62,855 nucleotides of DNA, filler included, from Candidatus Woesearchaeota archaeon (GCA_018221205.1; 8 parts of 8 records of this genome joined end to end with filler, not necessarily neighbours in it); one strand, 5' to 3'. Numbered from the whole stretch's first letter, positions 9,568 to 19,011 are shown. Made by a program: numbers and translations. Notes: generated by a model from the letters alone, not told the origin.

Positions 9568-11460
9568 ATGGCTGAATTAAAGAAGGTATTGAACTATCCT
9601 GTGCTACTGCTCATTGTCATCAATTCTATCATGGGGACCGGGATATTCTTCCTTCCTGCTATCGGTGCGATGCATGCAGGTCCTAGCTCTATCTTCTCCT
9701 GGCTGATATTGAGCGTCATCGCCATCTATATTGCTATGGTCTTTGGAGAGTTGACAAGCATGTTTCCGAAGGCTGGCGGCGTATATGAGTTTGCAAAGCA
9801 AGCATATGGCAGAGTTCCTTCATTCATAGTCGGCTGGATTACATTAATTGGAGGAAACATCACTATCGCTATGCTCATCATCGGCGCCATCTCTTATCTA
9901 TTGCCTCCTTCTCTGCCCCAACTGGAGATCGTCATCATGTTGATATCAGCAGTGTTCATCTTTGCATTCAATATGGTCGCCTATCGCGGCATGAAGACCT
10001 CTGCGACTATGCTGGTTACATTTTCTTTTGTCACACTCATCACCTTGTTTGCGCTGATTGTGCCTTCTGCATTGAATTTCAATCCTGGCAACTTCTCAAA
10101 CCTGTTTGACCAACCCGTAGTCATCTTTTTGGCCATCTTTTTTATTGCAGAGACGTTTTTTGGGTGGGAAAGCCCTACTTTTCTGGCTGGAGAGACAAAG
10201 GACGGCCATAAAGTCGTTCCAAAGGCATTGGTCCATGGTACAATCATCATCAGCATCATCTCATTATTGTTTGTGTTTTTTGCCATCGGTGCTATGGGTC
10301 CTGTAGCACTCGGAGAGAGCGCTGCGCCTTTGTCTGATCTGGCACAATTCAATTTCGGAGACTTAGGAAGGCAAGTGTTCATGCTTTTGGTATATCTTGC
10401 TATCATCGGTTCTGTGGCTGATTGGGTCGTCTCTGCTCCTCGTCTGATATTGAGCATGGCAAAAGACAAGTTATTCCTGCCACAGTTCGGCAGGATCCAT
10501 CCCAAGTTCCATACTCCGCATATGGCAATCATCTTCCAGGCTGTCGTGAGCATCATCTTTATCTTTCTCGGATTGGGATCCTATACTGCTTTATTGCACC
10601 TCTTGGTCCCTATCCTGCTCGTCATGTACTCTTTAGTCATGTTTGCGTTGGTAAGGTTGAGATATACACGGCCACATCTCAAAAGATATTATAAAGTGCC
10701 GTTCGGAAAAGTCGGTCCTTTGATCATCATCCTGTTTTTCTTCGGCCTGCTTATCACTTGGGTGTCTTTGACTCCCCATGCGTACGTCATTCTTCTACGG
10801 GGAGTCACTCTCATGCTGTTCGGCATCCCTCTTTACTTTTTACTTGAGATGTATTATAATCCACGGGCGATCCGTTTTGTAGAAGATGCCTTGGCGTATT
10901 TCTCTCTGCTCACTGAACGATTTGCGCTTCCTGTAAAAGTAAGGAAAGAAATCGTACGCATTCTTGGAAATATCAAAGGCAAAGTTGTCCTTGATTTTGG
11001 ATGCAGTGTGGGAACGATGACTATGCATCTTGCAGAGGAAGTAGGCAAGAACGGAAAGATCTGGGCGACTGACCTCTCCAAGAAAGAAGTCCTCATTACG
11101 AGAAAGAGAGTCATGAAAAAAAGGCACCATCATGTCAGGGTGCTTCATGACCTCGAACATACTTCACGGCTGCATCCTGATGTGCCGAATGTCCATACCA
11201 TCGTCTCTGTCGGAAGTCTAGGTTATCTGCAGGATCCAATCCATGTCCTCAAGCAGATGAATAAAAGGTTACGCAGAGGAAGCAAGATCTGTTTTGTGGA
11301 TTATGACAAGTTCTTTGATATCATACCTAATAAGGAATGGCTGCGGAATGATGCCAAGATAAAACAACTCTTCAGAAAAGCAGGTTTTAATGTCCAGGTG
11401 ATGAGAAAACAAGGGTTCGCTTGGCAGTACATATATATTTATGGTGTAAAAGAAAAATAA
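9568..11460 (+). CDS. APC-family amino acid permease fused to a C-terminal class I SAM-dependent methyltransferase domain
   Basis: GTGIFFLP, PKAGGVYEF, about 12 TM segments; C-terminal VVLDFGCSVGT motif I and DLS motif II. Confidence 0.85.
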   Translation: MAELKKVLNYPVLLLIVINSIMGTGIFFLPAIGAMHAGPSSIFSWLILSVIAIYIAMVFGELTSMFPKAGGVYEFAKQAYGRVPSFIVGWITLIGGNITIAMLIIGAISYLLPPSLPQLEIVIMLISAVFIFAFNMVAYRGMKTSATMLVTFSFVTLITLFALIVPSALNFNPGNFSNLFDQPVVIFLAIFFIAETFFGWESPTFLAGETKDGHKVVPKALVHGTIIISIISLLFVFFAIGAMGPVALGESAAPLSDLAQFNFGDLGRQVFMLLVYLAIIGSVADWVVSAPRLILSMAKDKLFLPQFGRIHPKFHTPHMAIIFQAVVSIIFIFLGLGSYTALLHLLVPILLVMYSLVMFALVRLRYTRPHLKRYYKVPFGKVGPLIIILFFFGLLITWVSLTPHAYVILLRGVTLMLFGIPLYFLLEMYYNPRAIRFVEDALAYFSLLTERFALPVKVRKEIVRILGNIKGKVVLDFGCSVGTMTMHLAEEVGKNGKIWATDLSKKEVLITRKRVMKKRHHHVRVLHDLEHTSRLHPDVPNVHTIVSVGSLGYLQDPIHVLKQMNKRLRRGSKICFVDYDKFFDIIPNKEWLRNDAKIKQLFRKAGFNVQVMRKQGFAWQYIYIYGVKEK

Positions 11461-11471
11461 AAAGAAGAGAA

Positions 11472-11585
11472 TTATCGTCTCTTCTTTTTCTTCTTGGCCT
11501 TTTTCTTTGTTTTCTTTTTAGCCTTCTTTCTTTTAGCTTTCTTCTTTACAACTCGTTTCTTTTTTCTTTTTGCGATTTTATTCAC
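11472..11585 (-). CDS. Very small Lys/Arg-rich basic protein
   Basis: Open frame (V)NKIAKRKKKRVVKKKAKRKKAKKKTKKKAKKKKKRR with a GGAGGTGA Shine-Dalgarno-like motif at its 5' end. Confidence 0.6.
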   Translation of the reverse strand: MNKIAKRKKKRVVKKKAKRKKAKKKTKKKAKKKKKRR

Positions 11586-11782
11586 CTCCAATTGGAGAAT
11601 TGTTTAATATCTTACTGAGAAACTTTATATTTAAATGTTTCTATTTTAATCTTTTATAGACGAGAAAACTAACGCGTTTTTCTTGAAACTAACGCGTTTT
11701 TGCAGTCACTTTTTTCATGAAAATACTACAAGACGCTTTCTCGACGAGAAAACAAAGAAAATTTTTCTTAGAAAATTCAAAA

Positions 11783-11944
11783 TTAAAATTTTTTTAATAG
11801 ATTCTCTAAGAATTTTTCATACTCTTTTTCTGCTTCAAGAAAATTTATCGGTACATCTCTTTTTACTTCTTCTTTCTTGAACTGTTCCAACTGTCTTTCT
11901 AGAATAAATTTTATGGTCTGTTGTTCTTCTTTTGTCAATTCCAT
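11783..11944 (-). CDS. Small hypothetical helical protein (53 aa)
   Basis: MELTKEEQQTIKFILERQ...; GAAGGTGA RBS upstream of ATG 11944. Confidence 0.65.
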   Translation of the reverse strand: MELTKEEQQTIKFILERQLEQFKKEEVKRDVPINFLEAEKEYEKFLENLLKKF

Positions 11945-12039
11945 TTTTTTCACCTTCAAATGCATGAATGCTCCCGCGAGGTCTTTCAAAGACCTCGGAG
12001 AAGAGTACGACATCCTCATTACATTCGGAGTCGCACGAA

Positions 12040-12114
12040 TGCTCCCGCCGAGATTCGAACTCGGGTCGTTGCCTCGAGAGGGCAACATGATTGGCCGGAC
12101 TACACCACAGGAGC
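12040..12114 (-). tRNA. tRNA-Glu(CTC)
   Basis: GCTCCTG/CGGGAGC acceptor stem, TTGCC-CTCTCGA-GGCAA anticodon arm, GTTCGAAT T-loop. Confidence 0.95.
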
Positions 12115-12189
12115 TTAAGTGTGAGAGTATATGGGGAGTTTTTAAATCTTAGCATACTTTTTTAAAGTAAAAATCAATTCTCTACTTAT

Positions 12190-12273
12190 GCCGCGGTTGG
12201 ACAATCTGGCTGTCCGGCTGCCTCGAAAGCAGCTTTCCTCACGGATCTCTCGGTTCAAATCCGAGCCGCGGCG
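12190..12273 (+). tRNA. tRNA-Ser(CGA)
   Basis: GCCGCGG/CCGCGGC acceptor stem, GCTGC-CTCGAAA-GCAGC anticodon arm, long variable arm, G discriminator. Confidence 0.93.
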
Positions 12274-12313
12274 TTTCCATAACATATTTATAATATGAAT
12301 CGAATGACCTTCT

Positions 12314-13285
12314 ATGGCCATCACCTTTATCCGTTGGAAGCCACTCATCACAACAACCATTGTGATGTATATATTGGTTCTTCTCTTCTGGGCGATCTAT
12401 CAGCCTATCGCGACCATCCTTCTCATCTCTATCCTTTGTTTATGGAGCAGAGTGCCTGCTATGGTGAGTTGGTTCACGAAAGATACTGATGTCATTGACT
12501 TTTTTACAGTCTTCATCGCGCTCAATGTCGGTGGACTGTGGGGAGGAGTATTTGCCTGGACTGTCTTTATGTTCTCCCGTTTTTTTGGGCCGGTAGAGGA
12601 TTTTGAATATACCATCAAAGATGCGAATGCTTTTTTTATCGGCGGCCTGCTCACTCCTTTCTTCTTCACCATCACAGGAGGGAATCTTCTCCTTACGATC
12701 TATTTCTTCACTATCTTCGGCCGTTATGCGGTCTATCTGTTCCAGGACCTTGTGTTTACACCTGCTAAAATAATCCTAGATGCAGGACTGATCCTTGTTG
12801 GCATACCTATCGCCTATTTCAGCAACACTTTTCTCGTGACTGCTTTCGGTGATACACTGAATGATATCTTCAGGACAGGGATGAAAGTGAATATAGGATT
12901 GTTCTTGACGGTCACGGGGTTGGTGCTCTTTTTCTTCATCATCACACGCTTCATCGAGAAGGGGGAGCAGAAGATCCAAAGCAAAGTGAAATATGAGAAG
13001 GCCCTGAAGCCGCATTTCATCCAGGAGCCGCATGAAGTATTCTTCTCTTATTTCAACCTTGATCATCTTCCTGCATTGATAACCGGCAGCTTCCGCTATT
13101 TCAAGCTTAAATTGTTCTTGGTCACGTTTTCCTTGATGGCTGCTGCGTTTATTTATTACGAATACGTGCCGAAATGGTATGAAGTCATTTTCCTTGTCTT
13201 CATACTCTTTATCGCCATCAACATCTTAGTGTATCTTTCCTATCTTCTTCTAGGCAAGGATGAAGCTAAACAGAATATGAAATGA
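12314..13285 (+). CDS. Hypothetical polytopic membrane protein
   Basis: 323 aa with about 8 hydrophobic segments. Confidence 0.75.
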   Translation: MAITFIRWKPLITTTIVMYILVLLFWAIYQPIATILLISILCLWSRVPAMVSWFTKDTDVIDFFTVFIALNVGGLWGGVFAWTVFMFSRFFGPVEDFEYTIKDANAFFIGGLLTPFFFTITGGNLLLTIYFFTIFGRYAVYLFQDLVFTPAKIILDAGLILVGIPIAYFSNTFLVTAFGDTLNDIFRTGMKVNIGLFLTVTGLVLFFFIITRFIEKGEQKIQSKVKYEKALKPHFIQEPHEVFFSYFNLDHLPALITGSFRYFKLKLFLVTFSLMAAAFIYYEYVPKWYEVIFLVFILFIAINILVYLSYLLLGKDEAKQNMK

Positions 13286-13497
13286 AAAAAGAGAACATGA
13301 AAGTCAATTACGCGCATGAAATCCAACAGATATTTAGATATCATTACAAAGATGAATGGGTAAATCAAGCATTCATCAATTCTCACAGCAGATTATGNNN
13401 NNNNNNNNNNNNNNNNNNNNNNNNNNNNNNNNNNNNNNNNNTTAATTAATTAANNNNNNNNNNNNNNNNNNNNNNNNNNNNNNNNNNNNNNNNNNNN

Positions 13498-13577
13498 TCA
13501 AGTACATAGTAAATCAAGAACAACACCACGCAGAAGCTTAAGCGGATACCCCGACTTTCAAGTCGGGGAGGAGGTCA
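13498..13577 (+). mobile_element. Right end of an IS200/IS605-type (TnpB-associated) element
   Basis: Hairpin CCCCGACTT-TC-AAGTCGGGG followed by AGGAGGTCA; lies at a contig edge and interrupts a CDS. Confidence 0.65.
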
Positions 13578-13783
13578 TTCGGCTCATCACTACAAACCGT
13601 ATGATTATAATATTGAATGCATTCACCAAAAACATTCTCGGTTTCATTCCAATAGGAAGTCTTACAGTCCTGCACCTCTTCAAGGGTGATGTCATTCGCA
13701 ACAGTCGTGATTTTATTCACGCTGAAAGCAACCAGAGATAGTAAAACAAAAACAAGCAGGCTAATTAAGATATTTTTTTTCAT
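13578..13783 (-). pseudogene. 5' part of a secreted Cys-containing protein interrupted by the IS end
   Basis: Signal peptide MKKNILISLLVFVLLSLVAFS; after ...CSDEPN the frame runs into the IS hairpin and stops. Confidence 0.6.
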
Positions 13784-14040
13784 GTTTTCGACCTCCACTA
13801 TGGCAAGAGAAATAACAAGAAGATAACAACGCTATTTTGTGCAAAAACATTAATTCCCCCAAATATGGGAAGGTGAGCTACAATATAAAGCACAAGATAT
13901 TTTTGGGATAAATTCTGATGATTTCTTATCCCATTTTACTCTAATACATCATTAATTCCCATTTCTTAGCACCAAAAGGAATAGATATTTGGCTAGGGCG
14001 GCTTCTATAAATAGGCCATGCCCACAAAAAATGTCCTGTG

Positions 14041-14952
14041 CTATTGAATAACATGAGAATAAACAATCTCTGAGATATTACTCATGACACTGTCAGCAGC
14101 AACCTGGCCAAATCCTTTGGTCATGATGCAAAGAATATAAGGATCATCTGTATAGACGATTCCACAATCATGATACTCTTTGTTTTCTTCGACAATAGCA
14201 ATCTTATGCGCAACAGCGATATCTTCTGGGACTCCGGCAGGAATCTGAGAGAGGAATATTGATGAGGACAACAGCTGCAGCAGGTATTCTGAACCTTCTT
14301 TCTCAAGGTAGCTGGATTGATAAAGTCCCCTAAAGAGTTTGCTGTATGCTTTAGGTGTTATCAAAGGAGTGGCTAGCGCTGATTCCTCTATCCCCACTCC
14401 ACGAAGAACAGCGACGATACTTCCAACTGACACTATTCTCATTTGGACTTGCATTGCCGTATTATCGCTAAGCAGAGCAGTGGCAGTAAGCAATTCCTCG
14501 ACGTTTATCTCATAACCGCTTCCTTTCCAGCCGAGAGGCCCGAACCGGGTGTCGATATCTGATTCCTCTACCCGTATTTTCGTCGATAAGGACAATGATC
14601 CATTTTCAATGTGATGGATGATAGACATCATGATAGGCAGCTTCGATAGGCTGCCGGCATGATAACCTTCATTCTCATGGTACCCAATCCACACCCCAGA
14701 TTCCAGATGCTCGACATAGACACTAATCTGTTCTGAAAGCGGATCACCATACTCCTCAAGAGCAGTTTCTATAGCAGCAAATCTTTCTTCATATACTGCC
14801 CGTTTCTCGGCAATATCCCCGAGCTTTACAACCATACCAGTGAAGACACTATCATGACCCGCCTGGTAGAATAATATGCCGTTCAGTATGAGGGACAGGA
14901 CCAGGACCAGCAACAACATCTGGAGAAGCCGTTTTTTGGAGACCCTCATCAA
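14041..14952 (-). CDS. Serine hydrolase of the class A beta-lactamase/PBP fold, membrane-anchored
   Basis: N-terminal TM; SxxK (GSLSKL), SDN (SDNTA), KTG-like HKIA, HDCGIV. Confidence 0.85.
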   Translation of the reverse strand: MMRVSKKRLLQMLLLVLVLSLILNGILFYQAGHDSVFTGMVVKLGDIAEKRAVYEERFAAIETALEEYGDPLSEQISVYVEHLESGVWIGYHENEGYHAGSLSKLPIMMSIIHHIENGSLSLSTKIRVEESDIDTRFGPLGWKGSGYEINVEELLTATALLSDNTAMQVQMRIVSVGSIVAVLRGVGIEESALATPLITPKAYSKLFRGLYQSSYLEKEGSEYLLQLLSSSIFLSQIPAGVPEDIAVAHKIAIVEENKEYHDCGIVYTDDPYILCIMTKGFGQVAADSVMSNISEIVYSHVIQ

Positions 14953-15052
14953 TAGACATACTGCTATACAATCTTAAATACCTGACGAATCCACGTCGAG
15001 AAAAGGGATATTTTTCTAGAAAATTTATCCCAAAATAAGAAAAGTTATCCCA

Positions 15053-16918
15053 TCACAATTCTTCTTCCATCCTAAGATTCTGCACTTCCTCGATCCTATC
15101 CATCAACACACGAGAGACAGCATCCTTATCTTTAAGAGGATACATTCTGTCTGCTAGTGTTTCATCCTTGAGGGCATGCTGGATCCATTCAGCGAAATGA
15201 TTGTTATCATCAGTGACATAACTATGGAAGACCGAGTCTTTCATGTCGATGACATACGAAAGAAGCTGGTAGACATTTGAGATATGCTCTCCATTATGCG
15301 CAACAAACTCATGTTCACTATCAACATTGTCTAACGTGGTCGGTCCTTCGATGATAGGTTCAACAGGCTCTGCAGGCTTTTCAATCTGGCCCTCCATGAT
15401 AACAGGTTTGTCCTCGATAGGCGGAGCGACCTGATGTTCCATAGGCTCAACGGTCTGAGGCCCTTCCTGTATCTGGGATTTGATATGGTCTACTGTTGAC
15501 TGTTCGGTAACAGGCTTTTGTTCAGCGATTATCTCTTCAGTCTGCAGAGCAGATTCATCCACACCAGCTGGCTTGGTCTCTTCTACAGGCATGAATTCAC
15601 TATAATTAGTCCCTTCATTCGGAGCAAATTCAGGCTCTTCTTCCTGGCCTTTATGCAGCTCTATGGTCTCAAGCCCGTCTCCTTTCTCTTCAGCCGGCTC
15701 GTCCTTTTTCTCCAAATGTTCTAGCCCGTCTTCATCATCCTGCTTCACATCTTTTTCCTTTTTCTTTTCTTTAAGGGGCTCTAAAGGTGCTGTTCCATCC
15801 TCTGGTTCTGCATTCTTGATCTCAGGAACTACAATGCTCTCCTTGATCTCTTCCTGCAGCGCACTATCGACAGTAGTGCTCATGCCCAACCTGTTCTTCA
15901 CTTGCCCAAGCTGCGTGGTAAGGCTGTCCGTGATGCTGATGATGCTCGCTAACCAATTCTCATAGTTACTCACTTCCGGAACAGAATCATCACCTAACCG
16001 CATAGCCATATTCGTCAGATTATCCTTATTCTTTCTCGAGAGCAACAACGCCATTTCAATGGTCTGCTTGATATCTTCTTGATCTTTTTGGACTCGAGGA
16101 AGGGCATCCAACGCAGTCTCGAATTGTATCAATCGCTGATTGATAGTCTTCTTCAGTTCTGAAATATCCTTATCTCTCACCACAGTCTTATGATCCAGCC
16201 TTACTTGCTCGATAGATTTTCTCATCTCTCCGAATGAGCTGTCCAGCGTATCGACGATGGCATGTAATTTATCTTTCTCAGCCATTCCTCTGGTGAACTC
16301 AGTGAACATCTGCTCTGATTTGTCAGCATGCAGCTGCACCCTGTTGCCCAATTTCTTCAGCACGATGAGGTCTTTCTTCACTTCATCATTCAGTTTCAGT
16401 ATGTTATCAGTGCCCATGAACACTTCTGACCCTCTCCGAAGGTCTTTCATCTCATCCTGCAGGGTCTCAGTGAATTGCTTATGGCCTTCCAGTCTTCCAG
16501 AGAATGCACTGAATTTATTCTCTAGTTTTTGATAATCCAATCGCAGCTGGTCAGGCTGAACTGTTCTGACCATCTCAATGGCAGTGGAGGAGTCCTTGCT
16601 GTTTTGTACGAGCTTCTTTTCGTTCTCCAAAGACATATTCCTCAGTTCACCGATCTGTTCACTCACAAGAGAAAGCCTTTCTCCGACTCCTTTGATAGAA
16701 CCGGTCAAAACCTCTATTTTCCCCTTCAATTTCTCCATATCAAGGAGATACTGCTCATTTACTGGCTGGCCGGCTACCGGAACAGCTTTGGAATCGGATT
16801 CAGGAGTCTCGATCGTAGACATCTCAGCAGTGTCTTGAGAAGATTCATTCTCTTCTTGCACTTCCACTTCCTGTCCTACATCTGGAGGGACATCTTTATT
16901 CTTTCCGAATAATCTCAT
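15053..16918 (-). CDS. Coiled-coil protein with acidic linker and C-terminal DUF5752-like domain
   Basis: Long heptad region; C-terminal FVAHNGEHISNVYQL...NHFAEWIQHAL. Confidence 0.7.
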   Translation of the reverse strand: MRLFGKNKDVPPDVGQEVEVQEENESSQDTAEMSTIETPESDSKAVPVAGQPVNEQYLLDMEKLKGKIEVLTGSIKGVGERLSLVSEQIGELRNMSLENEKKLVQNSKDSSTAIEMVRTVQPDQLRLDYQKLENKFSAFSGRLEGHKQFTETLQDEMKDLRRGSEVFMGTDNILKLNDEVKKDLIVLKKLGNRVQLHADKSEQMFTEFTRGMAEKDKLHAIVDTLDSSFGEMRKSIEQVRLDHKTVVRDKDISELKKTINQRLIQFETALDALPRVQKDQEDIKQTIEMALLLSRKNKDNLTNMAMRLGDDSVPEVSNYENWLASIISITDSLTTQLGQVKNRLGMSTTVDSALQEEIKESIVVPEIKNAEPEDGTAPLEPLKEKKKEKDVKQDDEDGLEHLEKKDEPAEEKGDGLETIELHKGQEEEPEFAPNEGTNYSEFMPVEETKPAGVDESALQTEEIIAEQKPVTEQSTVDHIKSQIQEGPQTVEPMEHQVAPPIEDKPVIMEGQIEKPAEPVEPIIEGPTTLDNVDSEHEFVAHNGEHISNVYQLLSYVIDMKDSVFHSYVTDDNNHFAEWIQHALKDETLADRMYPLKDKDAVSRVLMDRIEEVQNLRMEEEL

Positions 16919-17748
16919 TTTAATCTCTCTTGTATGCTTTTGATTTTATCTTCAAACACCTGTGCCTTGATTCTTTTCTCCACTAATTTATCAGGCGCCT
17001 CTTGTTTAAGGTAATTCGTGACATCCATCTTCTGCTTGAGCATCCTGCCTTGGAAGATGATCACACCGCCGATGAATAACGCGAGCATGAATATCAGGCT
17101 CCAGAGCACAGTGGTCATTTTTGGAGGCGTGAATAATTCTGCAGGCCCATCAGAGACAATCTCGGTCGTAACCTGTTCTGTATTGGCATCGCAGCCGCAT
17201 TGATCCTCGTACTCTCTAGGGGTCAGGCAGATTAAATCACTGTCAGAAGGGACAAATTCAGCTGGCTCTTTCGTCGTAAGGGTCGTGCCTCCAGTAGTAG
17301 TGAACTGTTTGCTGCCCGAAATGACCGAGACTATGGTAACAGATAATCGTACTCTTCCAACATAGAGTGTATCAAAGATGACCTTTTCAATGCCTTCTGA
17401 TTCCGCATCCAAAGTGATTCTCTTCTGGCCGCTATCCAGGATACTGCCTGTGTCTTGGTTGGTGGCGATCCAGTTAAGGATTGCTTGTGCATCCACAGTG
17501 GCCTTATTGGATAATCCTAGGTAAACACTGGGTCTGGGCACATGCGCATTATCCACCCTTATGAAATCAATAGTGACAATGCCAGGATCTTCTTCCTCAG
17601 TTTCTGCTATGGCTAATCCAGTAAGCTTCTCCACTTGAGAAGCTATCCCGAATTGGTAAGCTATGACTATTCCAGAAGTTATGAAAGCAGCTAAGATGAC
17701 TATCAGAATGCCGACTTTGAATTCCTTCTTGTAAAATAGCCTATTCAT
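16915..17748 (-). CDS. Membrane protein with two TM segments flanking an extracellular domain
   Basis: Hydrophobic segments near both ends; start overlaps the upstream small gene and stop overlaps the next gene. Confidence 0.7.
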   Translation of the reverse strand: MNRLFYKKEFKVGILIVILAAFITSGIVIAYQFGIASQVEKLTGLAIAETEEEDPGIVTIDFIRVDNAHVPRPSVYLGLSNKATVDAQAILNWIATNQDTGSILDSGQKRITLDAESEGIEKVIFDTLYVGRVRLSVTIVSVISGSKQFTTTGGTTLTTKEPAEFVPSDSDLICLTPREYEDQCGCDANTEQVTTEIVSDGPAELFTPPKMTTVLWSLIFMLALFIGGVIIFQGRMLKQKMDVTNYLKQEAPDKLVEKRIKAQVFEDKIKSIQERLK

Positions 17749-17890
17749 TTTTCTTTCTCTTGATGACCAATTCATTATCTTTGATGATGAAATCTACTTC
17801 TTCCTTATGTTGCAATTGCAGAGCATCAGCTAGAGCTTTAGGAATAGTAACACGAACTTGCCCATTCTTACTCAAGAATACCTTTACCAT
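17741..17890 (-). CDS. AbrB/MazE/SpoVT-type small DNA-binding protein
   Basis: MVKVFLSKNGQVRVTIPKALADALQLQHKEEVDFIIKDNELVIKRK matches the G-Q-x-T-I-P...V-x-F...L-x-I pattern; not in the ORF track. Confidence 0.8.
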   Translation of the reverse strand: MVKVFLSKNGQVRVTIPKALADALQLQHKEEVDFIIKDNELVIKRKKNE

Positions 17891-17898
17891 TTGCCCAT

Positions 17899-18005
17899 AT
17901 TAGTACTAATTCTAGTACATTTATTCATACTATTTAAAACCTTATCCCTAGTCCATATCCTAGCATAGTAGATAACCATAGTAGTAGCATTAAATTTAGT
18001 ACTAA
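17899..18005. promoter_or_regulatory. Candidate operator palindromes upstream of the AbrB-like gene
   Basis: ATTAGTACTAAT (17899-17910) and TTAGTACTAA (17996-18005), with several TAGTA half-sites between them. Confidence 0.5.
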
Positions 18006-18237
18006 TATATATAAATGTTTCGTTCAGAAATCAAAAAAGAAATGAATAGCAAAGAATAGAAAATTATTTATACTCATTATGCAATTACATCATTATAAAT
18101 TATATAAAATGAGATCAGACCAATTGTTTAATGTCGGCTTATACCTAGTTTTCGGTCTGTTGATTATCCTATAGACTTCCCGCACACTATTTCTCGGGAA
18201 GCAGATAATTCTTGAGGAGTAGTTGTGCGCAACAACA

Positions 18238-19011
18238 ATGATAGCGCAAAACTACAATGCCAGAGTGACTGAAGTTGTTCCTAAAGGGGACAATCTACAG
18301 AGAGTCTACATCCGTCCAGATAATGGCTTCCATGTCAAAAGGGGCCAATTTACACATGTTGCTGCAAACGGAACCTCTGAAAATATCGAACAAAGAGTGC
18401 TAAGATGTACGGGAAGGGCCGTACCTCATCAAGAAGGAAGTGGCTTTGGTTTTATTCCGGTCCAGCACGAACCCTCAACAAGATACGTGAGAAACCAGCG
18501 TGTCTATGTTCCAGAAGGAGTCGATGACATCACAAAAGGAATCCCCCTTAGGGGGACTAAAACAGACATACTGGTGTATGTTTCTTCAACACCCGATGGC
18601 CATGTTGCAAACGGCATGTCTGCAATGCATAAGCTAAATGATAGTCACCCTTACCATATTGTTGTTGTTGCGATTGGAGAGGATCAAAACGAATTTGTCC
18701 TTGAAGCCGCACTTAAAGAACTCGCTATGCATGAAAGGTTCCATTATATCCAAGAAGTGTCAGGTGATCGCTATGCAACCCTGTCACAATTATTGGAATT
18801 GGAAGCCAATGAGATTGAGTCAAGGACTGATGTATTGGTAGATAGAGATAACACACATTTCTTCTTTTATGGAGATAGAAAGACTATTGGGCAGTTCAGG
18901 TGGAAGGAAAGGAATGGTAGGAGATTCCGATTCGAAGGTACAAGGTTAGTAGGCGAGCTCATCAACGAGGGAACGTTCTTCCCGAGCAATATCACGAAAC
19001 GATATGGATGA
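18238..19011 (+). CDS. Highly divergent ferredoxin-NADP reductase-like protein
   Basis: N-terminal NARVTEVV...IRPD..F..GQF beta-barrel pattern; architecture parallels the downstream paralog. Confidence 0.55.
   Translation: MIAQNYNARVTEVVPKGDNLQRVYIRPDNGFHVKRGQFTHVAANGTSENIEQRVLRCTGRAVPHQEGSGFGFIPVQHEPSTRYVRNQRVYVPEGVDDITKGIPLRGTKTDILVYVSSTPDGHVANGMSAMHKLNDSHPYHIVVVAIGEDQNEFVLEAALKELAMHERFHYIQEVSGDRYATLSQLLELEANEIESRTDVLVDRDNTHFFFYGDRKTIGQFRWKERNGRRFRFEGTRLVGELINEGTFFPSNITKRYG

Noticed and set aside
11835..12360. Several short ORFs over 11835-12360
   Set aside because: Explained by the two tRNA genes and the hairpin element
13797..13850. 17-codon hydrophobic mini-ORF MFLHKIALLFFLLFLLP on the minus strand
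   Set aside because: Could be a signal-peptide remnant but is too short to support
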